Below, piece by piece: positions 45,687 through 56,366 of a stretch of DNA of 64,000 nucleotides. The stretch is taken from contig CAWBOS010000010.1 of the NCBI GenBank assembly GCA_963790475.1, positions 480,001 through 544,000 on the forward strand. The letters run 5' to 3'. The notes beneath the pieces were generated by a model. The model did no database searches, was not told the DNA's origin, and was given only the letters and a program-made list of their open reading frames with translations. Numbering within the stretch: position 1 is the first letter of the stretch; each line of letters opens with the position of its first letter. A program made the position numbers and the translations under genes. This stretch comes from an uncultured delta proteobacterium (GTDB lineage: Bacteria > Desulfobacterota > RBG-13-43-22).

Positions 45687-47168
45687 TTGAAAGGCAGGGG
45701 TAGAGTGGAATTATTGAGGGAGGGGAATATTAAATGGGATTACGATACCGATGTGCTTGTTCTCGGATATGGGGGCGCCGGGGCCTGCGCGGCCATTGCC
45801 GCAAAGGATAGCGGGGCGGAAGTCATTATCCTTGAGAAAGCCCCTTTTGGCGGCGGAAACACGGCCTGCAGCGTGGGAAATATGCGTCTTCCCGATAATG
45901 TTGAGGAGGCGATAGCTTACTATAAAGCGTTGTCATTCGACACCGTTTCAGACCAGGATCTGATTCGGACTATGGCCGAAGCTATGGTCGCACTTCCCGA
46001 ACGGCTGAAAGAGTGGGGTATTGACTTGAGACTTCGCGAAAAAAATACCCCTTCCTTCCCCACACTACCGGGAGCCCGATGTATCGATCACTGGTCCGCC
46101 GGATTGGGGGAGAGCCTATTCAATAGTTTGTCCGACCTGGTAAGGCAACATAATATAAGGATCCTCCTTGAGTCGCCGGCAAAAACAATCCTCAAGGATT
46201 CAAAGACAGGAGATATACGCGGGGTTCTGGCAGAACAGGCCGGGAGAAGGATTTTATTAAAGGCCCGAAGAGGCGTTGTTTTAGCCACCGGGGGCTATGA
46301 AAATAACTTTGAGATGCAGGGGTATTTCCACTTCCCGGGTTTGAAACTTTACCCTTTCGGCACACCTTATAACACCGGTGATGGAGTGAAAATGGCCTCC
46401 GAACTTGGGGCCGACCAATGGCATTTTGCCAGTACGGAATGGTTTGGCCCCGCCTTAAAAGAACCCACGGAGAAAACAGGGGTGGCCATAGCTTTCAGGC
46501 GATTCAGCGGCAGCTTTCTTTTTGTGAATCGCTCCGGCAAGAACTTTATCAACGAGTCTATGTACTTCCCTCACAGGAAGGAATCTCTGGCCTTTACCCA
46601 CTTTGATCATGAGCGGGCTGAATATTCCAATATTCCCTTTTACCTCATTTTCGACGAGAAATTCAGGAGAGAGGGTCCCCTCTATGGGCTAAAGAATTCA
46701 AAGGTGGGTTATGCCTCCTGGCAGAATCTGGATGAATGGAGCCAGGATAATACGGCTGAGATTGAAAAAGGGTGGATAACCCAAGGGGGGTCGATTAGGG
46801 TGTTGGCCGAGAAGCTGGGGATCGATTCGAATGGCCTGCAGGAAACCATAGCCCAATACAATCGGGATTCAAGGGAGGGAAGAATAAACGCCTTCGGAAG
46901 GTTATCAAAATATATGGCCCCTATCGAACAGCCCCCATTTTATGGAGTAGAGCTGTGCCTGAGCATCATCAATACCCAGGGAGGGCCCAAACACAACAGC
47001 CGGGCTCAGGCCCTGGACATGGAGGGCAAACCCATCCCACGGTTTTATAAAGCAGGGGAGTTGGGGTCCTTTTTCGGTCATCTTTACCAGGGAGGCAGCA
47101 ATCTTCCGGAAGCCCTGGCCTTCGGCCGTATTGCCGGCGAAAACGCTGCCGCAGAAACAACTTGGTGA
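45687..47168 (+). CDS. FAD-dependent oxidoreductase, fumarate reductase / 3-ketosteroid dehydrogenase flavoprotein family
   Basis: Motifs DVLVLGYGGAG, LEK....GGNT, VVLATGG, NTGDG, TQGG, G.PIP..Y.AGE, Y.GG.N and FGRIAG. Confidence 0.9.
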   Translation: MKGRGRVELLREGNIKWDYDTDVLVLGYGGAGACAAIAAKDSGAEVIILEKAPFGGGNTACSVGNMRLPDNVEEAIAYYKALSFDTVSDQDLIRTMAEAMVALPERLKEWGIDLRLREKNTPSFPTLPGARCIDHWSAGLGESLFNSLSDLVRQHNIRILLESPAKTILKDSKTGDIRGVLAEQAGRRILLKARRGVVLATGGYENNFEMQGYFHFPGLKLYPFGTPYNTGDGVKMASELGADQWHFASTEWFGPALKEPTEKTGVAIAFRRFSGSFLFVNRSGKNFINESMYFPHRKESLAFTHFDHERAEYSNIPFYLIFDEKFRREGPLYGLKNSKVGYASWQNLDEWSQDNTAEIEKGWITQGGSIRVLAEKLGIDSNGLQETIAQYNRDSREGRINAFGRLSKYMAPIEQPPFYGVELCLSIINTQGGPKHNSRAQALDMEGKPIPRFYKAGELGSFFGHLYQGGSNLPEALAFGRIAGENAAAETTW

Positions 47169-47495
47169 TTCTGAGGAGGCCTTTATTAATCAGTCTGCCT
47201 CGGGCATATAGGGGATTGCTGCGACTTATAGAGATAGAGCCCCATTTTCCGGTGAAAGAGTTCCTTTGTCCGACCCCATAGGGTTTTTCGAATTCTATCC
47301 TTTTAATTAAATCTTCAGGACCATTTGAATTAAAATACAGCCCTTATTCCGAAAAAATACAGTTTTCCCACCATTTTCTTTTTTATAATTTTTGATAATT
47401 TATGTAAAAATTGGTAAAAAAATTTTAGAGGTATTCACGGCAAACGGTGTGAAATTTATCCTCAGAGAAGTCAAGATTATAAAAGGAATTTAAAA

Positions 47496-47900
47496 ATGGA
47501 CATACCACAGCGAATCCTTATCGTGGATAACCATCCTGCACTCCGAGAGGGATTAAAGTCTATTCTGTATATTCTCCCTAATTTTGAAATCATCGGTGAA
47601 GCCGCTGACGGGATGGAAGCCCTTAATTCCGTCGACAAATTGCGTCCCGACCTGATTTTGATGGATCTATCCATGCCCCGGATGGACGGTATAACCGCAA
47701 CCAGGGAAATCAAGAAAAAGTGGCCGGGAACTAAGATTCTGGCTTTCACTAATCATAATAGCCCTGAATACCAGACAGCCGCTTTGGAGGCCGGTGCGGA
47801 CGGATATCTTTTAAAAGATTCTTCCGGCACCGAATTGATTCAATCGATCAAAGATATCTTGGATGGAAAGCAAGGGCTCCTTCCGAAGGTCATGGAATAG
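47496..47900 (+). CDS. Single-domain response regulator (NarL-type receiver without HTH)
   Basis: Motifs ILIVDNH, GEAADG, LMDLSMP.MDG and AGADGYLLKD; ends right after the receiver. Confidence 0.88.
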   Translation: MDIPQRILIVDNHPALREGLKSILYILPNFEIIGEAADGMEALNSVDKLRPDLILMDLSMPRMDGITATREIKKKWPGTKILAFTNHNSPEYQTAALEAGADGYLLKDSSGTELIQSIKDILDGKQGLLPKVME

Positions 47901-47937
47901 GGCATCCCCCCGTCCTTTCTTTTATCTCCTTCCCGGC

Positions 47938-48633
47938 TTACCATATTTGTGTCGATTCAGTCTGTCTTAATTCTTCTTCCACCTCCTCCAACCACCAGGC
48001 TTGCCACGACGGGCTGTGGAATAAAGAGGTTTCCTCGTCGAACTCCAGGTGTCGTTTTTGGTTGGTCTCCAGGGCCGAGTTGATCTTCTCCTTGATTTGT
48101 TGAACGATTTCATTATAGACCTCTCGAGGGGTCTGCCTTATCACCACAAAATCAGATGCCCATTTTTGAGCATCTGTGGTCAGTTTCCGAGCGGCGAGTT
48201 CTGTGAGGGCGAAGTGGATCTGTTCATGCTGAAGCACATAACCGGTTAGGGCTGGTTTGATTTTCGGGTTCCACCATGACTTGTCGGGTATTATGACCGC
48301 CTCAAAGGCAAGATGGTTTATGCTGCCAAGATATTTAACTTGATCCGAAAGAGGCCAGGGGGTGATACTGAATTTCGAATCGGCTCTTAGGCGTATCAGG
48401 ATCGCCGATTGGGCGTTGATGCTTTCCCCGTGGGTCGACAGATTTTTCGGCAATGAAGTCGCGCGAAAGTCTTTGAGTGTCAATGGCCTGTAGGTGAAGC
48501 CGGTCGCGATGCCGTTGCGTATTTCGTCTGTCGGCATCGTGCGCGGTTTGGCATAGTCCGGCAACTGGGCGCAAGCGCTGACCCATATTAAGGACAGCGA
48601 TAACACTGCATATCGGAGAGAGCGATTCTTCAT
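47938..48633 (-). CDS. Lipoprotein, putative Zn-dependent protease (DUF922-like)
   Basis: Lipobox VSA-C; YRPLT..DF and LQHEQIHF.LTE..AR.L; C-terminal FD.ET. Confidence 0.7.
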   Translation of the reverse strand: MKNRSLRYAVLSLSLIWVSACAQLPDYAKPRTMPTDEIRNGIATGFTYRPLTLKDFRATSLPKNLSTHGESINAQSAILIRLRADSKFSITPWPLSDQVKYLGSINHLAFEAVIIPDKSWWNPKIKPALTGYVLQHEQIHFALTELAARKLTTDAQKWASDFVVIRQTPREVYNEIVQQIKEKINSALETNQKRHLEFDEETSLFHSPSWQAWWLEEVEEELRQTESTQIW

Positions 48634-49011
48634 GGCAAAGCCCTACACCCAGATGATATAAAAGTAATCCGTCAACCCCAAGAAAACCGGCAAGAAAAAG
48701 TTATTGATCCCATAGAATGTATTTGTCATTTTCCAATAGAGTTGGTTTTAAGGCTTTTATCTTTCTTCCGTTTTAGAGATCCCGGGGCCTTTCATCATGG
48801 GACCGGCTTTTAGACTAACTTTTTTGAGAGACTTCGTCAAAAAGAAAAACAGGTTGCCCTGATTCCCTTAAAAAATATGGAGATACTCCGCAAAATGTTC
48901 AAGCTGAGACAAACAACTACAAGGCTACTTGTCCGGGCCCGGAGCGCTCTTGCCGCGACTGCCTTGGTTACTTCCGATGAATCTGCAAATGACTGATGGA
49001 TGTTCCAGCAA

Positions 49012-49209
49012 CTACTGCTCCGCCAGCACTCTTGAGTGGGCCTCCTTGATTTCCTCCATCGCTTTCTTTATCTTTGGATCATGTGCTTTTGCTGGATCGG
49101 CATAGATCTCATCAACCATTCGCCCCGCATCGGTTTCCCAACCCTTTATCCATCTCTTGGTCAACTCGATGTTCGGTCTTTCCTGGGCAATTAACTTTTC
49201 GGCTGACAT
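49012..49209 (-). CDS. Small hypothetical protein
   Basis: Strong GAGGAGGAGG ribosome site before the ATG; 65 aa, charged and helical-looking. Confidence 0.55.
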   Translation of the reverse strand: MSAEKLIAQERPNIELTKRWIKGWETDAGRMVDEIYADPAKAHDPKIKKAMEEIKEAHSRVLAEQ

Positions 49210-49448
49210 TGCCTCCTCCTCTCTATCTCCAAAATTTGGATTTAAAGTTTCTATGTGCGCTTATATCACCAATCACCTTGAACCAATGGTCTTAGGGGTC
49301 GGTTTCTATAATAACGTCTCCCGGGGACTTCGTCAAAATCAAAAAAGGAGGTTTTCCTTCCTGCTGTCTTCAAAATCATGGTTACTGCTATTATGCTGGA
49401 TTTCGTTGGAAAATCATTAGCTTCCGGTTGCCAGTCCTATTTTTCCCC

Positions 49449-49477
49449 TTGACCCTTTCTTTTTCTTGTCCTATATT
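49449..49477 (+). promoter_or_regulatory. Sigma-70 promoter upstream of the nitroreductase remnant
   Basis: TTGACC-17 bp-TATATT. Confidence 0.55.
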
Positions 49478-49544
49478 CTTTCTCAAAAAAGCAAACTCTG
49501 GTCAGATTTATCAAAGAAATTATTTATCGAATGGAGAAATCAAA

Positions 49545-50036
49545 ATGGATGTTGGGGAAGCGGTCAATAAGAGAAAATCTATTCGGGCTTTTAAGTCCGA
49601 TCCGGTGCCGGCGGAGACATTAAAGAAAATTATTGAAGGGGCTCTGCACGCTCCGTCAGCATCAAACAGCCAGCCGTGGGAACTGGCCATCGTCAGCGGC
49701 GCCAAGCTGGAAGAAATCAAAAAGGCCTTCATCGAAGGAGCGGGCAAGCTCGCGGTGGATATGCCCGGGGCTATCCAATATCCGGAGCCCTATGCCTCAA
49801 GGCGCGCTGCCGTCATGACCGGCGCTCTCGATTTGATGGGCGTGGCCAGGGATGACAAACAAGCGCGGGCGCAATGGAGCCTGCAGGGCGCCAAACTGTG
49901 GGGTGCGCCAAGCTGCATTTATGTGATGATTGATCGAGGATTTTTCTATATTGATGACAAAATCAATATCTGGCCGGCCTTTGATAAACTGCGCACCACA
50001 AGAGAGCCTCTGAATAAGATGGCTAAGTTTTACTAA
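49545..50036 (+). pseudogene. Nitroreductase family gene, C-terminally truncated
   Basis: KRKSIRAF, APSASNSQPW and WGAP are present, but similarity stops at WPAFD. The usual N..L.A...GLG segment is missing. Confidence 0.7.
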
Positions 50037-50117
50037 GTTAAACCAAGGCAAGGCGCAATCGGTCTTCAAACAATCCGTGCCTATCAAACATAGGCACTTT
50101 GCCAAGGAGAGTGAACG

Positions 50118-50573
50118 ATGGACCAAGATGAATTCAAGAAAATCATTTCCCAGGCAATCAGCCGGGAAGTCGAGGCCTTTACCTTTTACAATACTGTATC
50201 CGACAAAGCGAAGGATATGAATCTCAAGAGGCTGTTCAAAGGCCTCGCCGAAGAAGAGGCAAAACACAAGCGCACCTTAGAAGGGTTTCTTACCAAAGAT
50301 CCGGGGAAGATGCATTTTTCCGTGTCACCAGACTATAAAGTTGTGGATGCGCTTCCTACGCCCCCCCTAACTCCCGACCTTAAACCGGTTGATGGCTTGG
50401 TCATTGCCATCAAAAAGGAACTTGAAGCCATGCGGATCTATACCCAACTGGCCAATGCGAGTGGGGATGCAACGCAGAAGGACCTTTTTCTCGAGCTGGC
50501 CTCGATGGAACGTGGCCACAAGAACAAACTGGAGGATCTCTATACGAACATGGCCTTTCCGGAATCCTGGTAG
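50118..50573 (+). CDS. Rubrerythrin-like ferritin family protein
   Basis: Two diiron repeats: AISRE..A..FY..LAEEE.KH and AIKKE..A..Y..LA.ME.GH. Confidence 0.9.
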   Translation: MDQDEFKKIISQAISREVEAFTFYNTVSDKAKDMNLKRLFKGLAEEEAKHKRTLEGFLTKDPGKMHFSVSPDYKVVDALPTPPLTPDLKPVDGLVIAIKKELEAMRIYTQLANASGDATQKDLFLELASMERGHKNKLEDLYTNMAFPESW

Positions 50574-50640
50574 CGGGCCTGCGTTTTCTTGGGGGAAGGT
50601 TGGTCGAGTTCCTGCAATTCTTATCAACTGACGGTTCTGC

Positions 50641-52374
50641 TCAGGGACCGGCCAGGGGTGAGGTCACATCCAGGAAGGAGGTTTTGAACGAGGTGACCAC
50701 ATCCACAACCGTAGGCCTTTCACCTTTTAGGGCCTCGGCCAGGGCTGCGGAGATCTGATCCGGCCCTTGCACTCGAAACCCTTGGCAACCCATGGCTTTC
50801 GCGATCTCAGCGTAATTCATATTTCCAAAATCACTGGCAATGACCCTTTCCCCCTGTCCGTGTTTTACCCAGCCCAGAGCCGAGTTATTAAAGATCACCA
50901 CTCCAATGGGGATATTTTGTTCAAGGGCCGTCATTAGCCCGTTCATGGACATACCGAAACCACCGTCTCCACAGACCGCCAGGACCTGGCGGTCGGGGTA
51001 GATGAGCTTGGCCGCCATGGCCGCAGGGATGGCGTAGCCCATGGCCCCGATACCGGGCATGATCAATGTTCCGGCTCCTTTGGTCTGGAAAAGATGGGTC
51101 ATGAAGAGCCGGTTCTCCCCTGCGTCACAAGCGATAAAGGCGTCATCGGCAACAGCTTTATGGATTTCGGCAATCAGCCTCTCAGGAAGGATGGGCACTT
51201 CTTCAGAGCCGTAAGCCGGGCAATTGAAAAAGTGGTGTTCCTCTCTCAATTTTTTCAGGCCCTCTTTCCTAGTGCTAATTGTCTCTACCGAAGGCCGGCC
51301 TTTTTTTCGGATGGCGGCGGTTAACTGGGACAGGACCAGGGCCGCATCACCGATAATCTGATGTTTACAGGGGAAAGACCATCCGGCGTTTTTCGGCTCG
51401 ATATCGACCTGAATAAGGTCCTGTCGCTGAGGATCAATGAGCTCAGGGTTTTCCCTGGCCGTGTCTACAGGCCCGAGTCGAGTTCCAACGCAAAGAACCC
51501 AATCCGCTTGGCCGATAAAGGCATTGGCCGTGGCCTGGCCGTAGTTACCAAAGGCGCCGAGGGCCAGTTCATGGGTTTCGGGGAAAACACTTTTGCCGGA
51601 AGCCGTGGTCCCCACAGGGGCTCCCAGGATTTCAGACAGCTCCTGGAGTTCTTTATAGGCCTTGCTGAGACGAACCCCGTTCCCGGCCAGGATCACGGGA
51701 TTTTTTGCTTTCAGCAGGGCTTGCGCGGCGGCCTCAATAAGGGTGGGATCTCCGGCGGGTTTGGGCGGCAGATAGAACCGGGTGGGGTACAGGCACGGGG
51801 TGCTGTTTGGGCCTACCCGGCCCTTGAAGGCCGCGCTGTGGCAGATGACCGCCACCGGACCCTGTTCCCCGCATAAAGCGTGTTTAATAGCCAGTTGGAC
51901 ATTCTGAACGGCCTGCACCGGCTCCTGGGGCACCATGGTCAACTTGGTTACCCCGCTAAAACTTTGTTTTGCATCCCAGGCGCCGTATTCACCCGTTCCC
52001 GACTGATAGGGGGCATGCTGCGAAAAAGGTGCTTGATCGGAAAGATCAGTCAATATCAGCATCGGCGAACTGCCGAGATGAGCCTCGACAACGCCCAGGA
52101 GCCCGTTTGAGATCATAAAGGCCCCCTGTCCGATGGCCACGCCCGGTTTTCCGGTCAGGCGGCCGTAGACCTCGGCCATGACACCGGCCAGGGATTCGTG
52201 GCGCACCAGGACCGTCCTGATGGTCGATTGATGAAAATAAAGGGCATGGAAAAACCTCCCTGTATTTCCTCCGGCTATGCCAAAGACCATATCGATCCCC
52301 ATCTCCTCCAGCACCCGCATAATCGCTTCGGGAACTGACACTTCTTCCTTTAGTAACTTTTCCGTAGTCGCCAT
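50641..52374 (-). CDS. Thiamine-pyrophosphate enzyme, acetolactate synthase large subunit-like
   Basis: Motifs VRHE..A..MAE.YGRLTG, GPV, PVILAG.G, GAMGYAIPAA and GDGGF.M..NN. Confidence 0.92.
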   Translation of the reverse strand: MATTEKLLKEEVSVPEAIMRVLEEMGIDMVFGIAGGNTGRFFHALYFHQSTIRTVLVRHESLAGVMAEVYGRLTGKPGVAIGQGAFMISNGLLGVVEAHLGSSPMLILTDLSDQAPFSQHAPYQSGTGEYGAWDAKQSFSGVTKLTMVPQEPVQAVQNVQLAIKHALCGEQGPVAVICHSAAFKGRVGPNSTPCLYPTRFYLPPKPAGDPTLIEAAAQALLKAKNPVILAGNGVRLSKAYKELQELSEILGAPVGTTASGKSVFPETHELALGAFGNYGQATANAFIGQADWVLCVGTRLGPVDTARENPELIDPQRQDLIQVDIEPKNAGWSFPCKHQIIGDAALVLSQLTAAIRKKGRPSVETISTRKEGLKKLREEHHFFNCPAYGSEEVPILPERLIAEIHKAVADDAFIACDAGENRLFMTHLFQTKGAGTLIMPGIGAMGYAIPAAMAAKLIYPDRQVLAVCGDGGFGMSMNGLMTALEQNIPIGVVIFNNSALGWVKHGQGERVIASDFGNMNYAEIAKAMGCQGFRVQGPDQISAALAEALKGERPTVVDVVTSFKTSFLDVTSPLAGP

Positions 52375-52798
52375 ATATCCTCCATTAATGATAATTCACT
52401 ACAGACACAGAATCTACAGGGTATTCATTTTTTTCTGGCAGGGGAGATTCCCGATCAGAAAAAGTGACTAACTTCAAGCATAGATCAGATTATTCTGAAA
52501 CTTCTTTATGAGCCTATAAGGTACTACTTAGTTGCCTTCCTGATACAGTTTTAGCTTCCTTTTTTTCCAAATTCATAGTATTTTATCACAAAGTGACTCT
52601 CCTTGGGTCCTTTGATTTCCCCAATAAATATCCGACTACCCTTGGGGGCCACCGCTAAGTTTCGACTACTTTTAACCCATATTCGAAAAACGGATTTTGG
52701 AGTAAAACCAAATCGCCGTTATCTTTATCTCCCAGACCAGGACGGGCGAGTATGGCAACTTGTCCTAAGCTCTCCAAAATAAGAAGAAACACCATAGT

Positions 52799-54064
52799 AT
52801 GAACGATGATGGGAAAATAACCATTCTCCTCGTGGAAGATGAAGCATTCATTGCACTGTCCGAGATGCTGACTCTTAGGGAATACGGTTACAAAGTTATC
52901 CCTGTTTTTACCGGCGAAAAGGCAATAGAAACCGTTGAAAAATCTCCTAAGATCGATCTTGTCTTGATGGACATCAATTTGGGAAAAGGAATGGACGGGA
53001 TTCAAGCCGCCAGGTTAATTCTTGAAAAGCGTACGCTTCCTGTAATCTTTCTATCATCGGCTACCGATCGCCAGGTGGTGGAAAAAACCAAGGAAATAAC
53101 CTCCTATGGCTATATCGTCAAGGGCTTGGAAGAGATAGTACTCATTGCATCTATAGAAATGGCATTCCGACTTTTTGAATCGCAGCTGAAGGAAAGGCAG
53201 CAAGAGAAGGCGCTGAGACAAAGTGAGGAGAAGTATAGGACTATCATCCAGGCAGCCCTGGATGGCTTCTGGCGGGTGAATAGAGAGGGACGTTTACTGG
53301 AAGTCAACGATGCCTATTGCCGGATGAGTGGCTACAGCGCCCAGGAGCTTCTGGCCATGTTTATTCCTGATTTGGAACTTAGCGATTCTACCGATGGCCT
53401 AGCCGCCCATATCCAGAAGATCATGGTGCAGGGAGAGGATCGTTTCGAGTCAAAACACATCCGCAAAGATGGAAGAATCTTTGATATCGAAGTCATCGTC
53501 CAATCCTGCCCCTCTGATGCGGGCCAGTTTGTAGTATTCCTAAGGGACATCACCGATCGTAAAAAGGCTGAGGAAGATCTCAAGACCTTGTCTCTTAAAG
53601 ATGAACTGACCGGCCTCTATAACCGCCGGGGTTTTTTTACATTGGCCGAACAAGGGTTGAAGACGGCCCAACGGATGGGAATAGAGATGTTGCTCATTTT
53701 CGGAGACTTGGATAATATGAAGAGAATTAATGATACCTTCGGCCATAAAGAAGGGGACCAAGCCTTGGTGGATGCTTCACAGATACTTAGGAAAACCTTT
53801 CGGGGGTCGGATATCATCGCCCGGATTGGGGGGGATGAATTTGTCATTCTGGCTATGAACAAACTTGAGACCTCGGCCGAGAAACTTATATCCCGCTTCG
53901 AACAGGTCTTAACTGAACATCATCTCCAAACAAAACGTTCCTATCCCCTCTCACTGAGCCTGGGTATTGCTTATTTTGATCCCCAAAATCCTTGTTCCTT
54001 AGATGTCCTGCTCGCCCAAGCAGACAAATTGATGTATGAGAACAAGCTCAAAAAGGATAGATAA
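52799..54064 (+). CDS. Diguanylate cyclase with receiver and PAS domains
   Basis: Receiver (LLVEDE, LMDI.L, YIVK), PAS (VNDAYCRMSGYS..EL, RKDG, RDITDRK) and GGDEF domain (DELTGLYNRRGF, RGSD inhibitory site, RIGGDEF). Confidence 0.94.
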   Translation: MNDDGKITILLVEDEAFIALSEMLTLREYGYKVIPVFTGEKAIETVEKSPKIDLVLMDINLGKGMDGIQAARLILEKRTLPVIFLSSATDRQVVEKTKEITSYGYIVKGLEEIVLIASIEMAFRLFESQLKERQQEKALRQSEEKYRTIIQAALDGFWRVNREGRLLEVNDAYCRMSGYSAQELLAMFIPDLELSDSTDGLAAHIQKIMVQGEDRFESKHIRKDGRIFDIEVIVQSCPSDAGQFVVFLRDITDRKKAEEDLKTLSLKDELTGLYNRRGFFTLAEQGLKTAQRMGIEMLLIFGDLDNMKRINDTFGHKEGDQALVDASQILRKTFRGSDIIARIGGDEFVILAMNKLETSAEKLISRFEQVLTEHHLQTKRSYPLSLSLGIAYFDPQNPCSLDVLLAQADKLMYENKLKKDR

Positions 54065-54226
54065 GATAGAATTATTAGCCCTGATGCCAATACACACTTC
54101 AAACAGCAATTGTTAATTTGCAGGGCCGTTTTCTAAAACATCTGTAGAGTTGCCAAGCGGGAAAGGTCTGTCTCTTCTTTTCCCCTTTTTTCTGTGACCG
54201 AGAAATATTTAAAAGTGAGGTACCTT

Positions 54227-54766
54227 ATGAAAAAATGGATTATCGATCCTGAACACACCGTCGCCCATTTTACGGCCCGTCACATGATGATTACGGATGT
54301 CCACGGTCAATTCAATAAAATATCCGGTGTTATTTATTTTGATCCTGCAGAAATGGAGAACACTTCCTTGGAGATAGAAATAGATGCCACAAGTATATGG
54401 ACAGGCATTGAACGGAGAGACAACCATCTCCGAAGTGCCGATTTTTTCGACGTTGAAAAATATCCCAAGATTCTTTTCAAAAGTGCAAAGGCCGAAATCG
54501 CCGGGAGCAACTTATTGAAAATTTACGGGGAGTTGACGATTCACGGTATAACTCACACCGTTATTCTTAATACCGAGTACTTCGGTCCAATCCAGTATGA
54601 GGACGAGACGGGTTCATACACTACCATCGGTTTTTCGGCGACCACCTATCTGCGTCGAGAAGATTTCGGCATGAATTGGAACAACAATTTTGGGCCAGGT
54701 AATTTTATGGTCGGAAAGCATATCGATATTACCCTGGATGGGGAAGCGGATCTCTCTCTTGAATGA
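54227..54766 (+). CDS. YceI family protein
   Basis: Motifs W.IDP.H, H.MIT.V.G.F, RDNHLRSADFFDVEKYP, GELTIHG and REDFGM.WN. Confidence 0.93.
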   Translation: MKKWIIDPEHTVAHFTARHMMITDVHGQFNKISGVIYFDPAEMENTSLEIEIDATSIWTGIERRDNHLRSADFFDVEKYPKILFKSAKAEIAGSNLLKIYGELTIHGITHTVILNTEYFGPIQYEDETGSYTTIGFSATTYLRREDFGMNWNNNFGPGNFMVGKHIDITLDGEADLSLE

Positions 54767-54975
54767 ACAGCACCATCCCTGCGCCTTATGAGTTCGATTT
54801 GGGTTTGGAATTTGAATTTCAGACTTGATAAGGATTTCAAAATAATCTTGAAAATATTTCTACTGGGAATTCGAAGGGAATTTTAATAAAGAAGAAGGGC
54901 GGCTAGGCCGATTAGATTATCCTGCGGCCTGTCCGCCCCTCGTTTGCGTTGCTATCCAAGCAACGTTCAAGATTT

Positions 54976-55089
54976 TCAACTCTTGCACTTGTGGCATACC
55001 TTCCCAGGATTTTGTTTCCAGAGCTTCTTCACTTTATCCCAGTAGGCCGCCTCCTTGGCCAGGACCTTGGGGTTCAGCTTATTGGTCAT
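54976..55089 (-). CDS. Putative 37-aa small protein with C-terminal CxxC
   Basis: GGGAGGTGG ribosome site, then MTNKLNPKVLAKEAAYWDKVKKLWKQNPGKVCHKCKS*. Below the ORF-track size cut-off. Confidence 0.4.
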   Translation of the reverse strand: MTNKLNPKVLAKEAAYWDKVKKLWKQNPGKVCHKCKS

Positions 55090-55148
55090 CCCGATCCACC
55101 TCCCTTCTCGCAAAGGTTTGACCTATGATACCAGTTAGTGGAGGGATG

Positions 55149-55440
55149 TCAAAGCCATTTTTTCGAGCGGATCACCTTTCCTGGAGAACTCCCAAAGAGG
55201 CAGGCATCAACGCAGGCCGCCTTTTTTCCCCTATTTGATGGATGTGCCTTTTCGCAAAATTTTTTCAGACATTCCCGTTTATGACCGGTAATCGCAGCCA
55301 TCGTCTTCGAGTCGCAAGACCTGAATACCGGCCTGGCGAGGATTAAGCGGCCCCGGATCGTAAGAGGAGCAGGCGACCTGACAACGTTGACAACCGCGGC
55401 AGTTTTCGGAATTGATCCTGATGGAATCTGCATAACTCAT
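55149..55440 (-). pseudogene. Frameshifted 4Fe-4S dicluster ferredoxin-like gene
   Basis: GAGGAG then ATG at 55440: MSYADSIRINSENCRGCQRCQVACS..NPRQAGIQV..DYRS*. The second cluster (ECLKKFC..ACVDACLFG) continues in another frame. Confidence 0.65.
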
Positions 55441-55477
55441 GTCGGTCTCCTCACTTGTAATTCATAGTGTTTTTCAA

Positions 55478-55535
55478 CAAAAAAAATCCCCAAAACTGAC
55501 CTTGTCGGCTTGGAGATTTACCTTCTCTCCAAGTC
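55478..55535 (-). terminator. Terminator/antiterminator expression platform of the cobalamin riboswitch
   Basis: Minus strand AAATCTCCAAGCCGAC-AAG-GTCAGTTTTGGGGATTT followed by a T run. Upstream GACTTGGAGA can pair alternatively with TCTCCAAGCC. Confidence 0.7.
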
Positions 55536-55544
55536 TTTAGTCGG

Positions 55545-55730
55545 GCATTGGCAGGTCTTCTGACTGATGGATCATCCTAATCCCCGCGCTTTCCCAGATC
55601 GTTTCGTTTCATTAAGCCTATGACCCGGTGACAATCTTTGCGGGTTTCGTCCCCATACACAGCGGCGGGTCCGTGCCGTAATCTCACCGGCTTCCCTTTT
55701 GGGCTCGAAAGAGCCACCAAACGTCCATGA
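55545..55730 (-). ncRNA. Cobalamin (B12) riboswitch
   Basis: Minus strand GGTG..AAAAGGGAAGCCGGTGAGATTACGGCACGG.CCCGCCGCTGT..CACCGGG..CTGGGAA..AGTCAGAAGACCTGCC (B12 box). Confidence 0.92.
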
Positions 55731-55978
55731 ATTAGTTCGTAATCCACTTTTACCGCACCCGGTCTATTCCTGTCAATAAAAAGGGGACACCCAATCAGTT
55801 CTTGGTGGAATTGCCGGGAGAAATAAGGCTTTTAAGCCACGCGGGGAAGAGAGAATTTATGGAATCTTCACGACAGGTATAAGAGGAAACCTGTAGACCG
55901 GCAAGGGTAGAACAGATAGAATTTTCCCTGAAGTCAGTTAAAGAAGAAAGGATGATATCCTTTCTGAAATGTTGCTAA

Positions 55979-56344
55979 GTGAATTGGAATAGGCCGCTTT
56001 GTTATAAAGTTATAACAGCATGTTTGGATTGGAAAATGGAATATTTTCCTCGCCAAAAGCCGATTATTTTAGTTTCCTTTTTATCAATCTGCTTTTTAGT
56101 AGGCATCGTTTTTTCAAGCTACTATATAATGAGCGAGCTTGATATGTTTTCTCCTAATCTCTCCTTTGAGGACCAAGACCCGGGTACTCTGACTACCGTT
56201 GAGAAAGTCAATCTATCCTTTTCTTATTTAGAGCCCCCCTTATTGCCTATCTGTAATTCATTCCTTCAGGCCACTCTTGTTTTACAAATCTCCCTCGACA
56301 GCTCAATAAACTGCCCTAATCCCTTTGCGGAGGCTTTTTTTTGA
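55979..56344 (+). CDS. Hypothetical protein with one TM segment
   Basis: ORF only; no family recognised. A likelier start is the ATG at 56036. Confidence 0.3.
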   Translation: MNWNRPLCYKVITACLDWKMEYFPRQKPIILVSFLSICFLVGIVFSSYYIMSELDMFSPNLSFEDQDPGTLTTVEKVNLSFSYLEPPLLPICNSFLQATLVLQISLDSSINCPNPFAEAFF

Positions 56345-56366
56345 CCACTCAAGAAAGGAAAGAACC

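Noticed and set aside
47436-47475. GGCAAAC..GAAA resembling the start of a c-di-GMP-I riboswitch upstream of the response regulator
   Set aside because: The GACGCAAA segment and second hairpin are missing.
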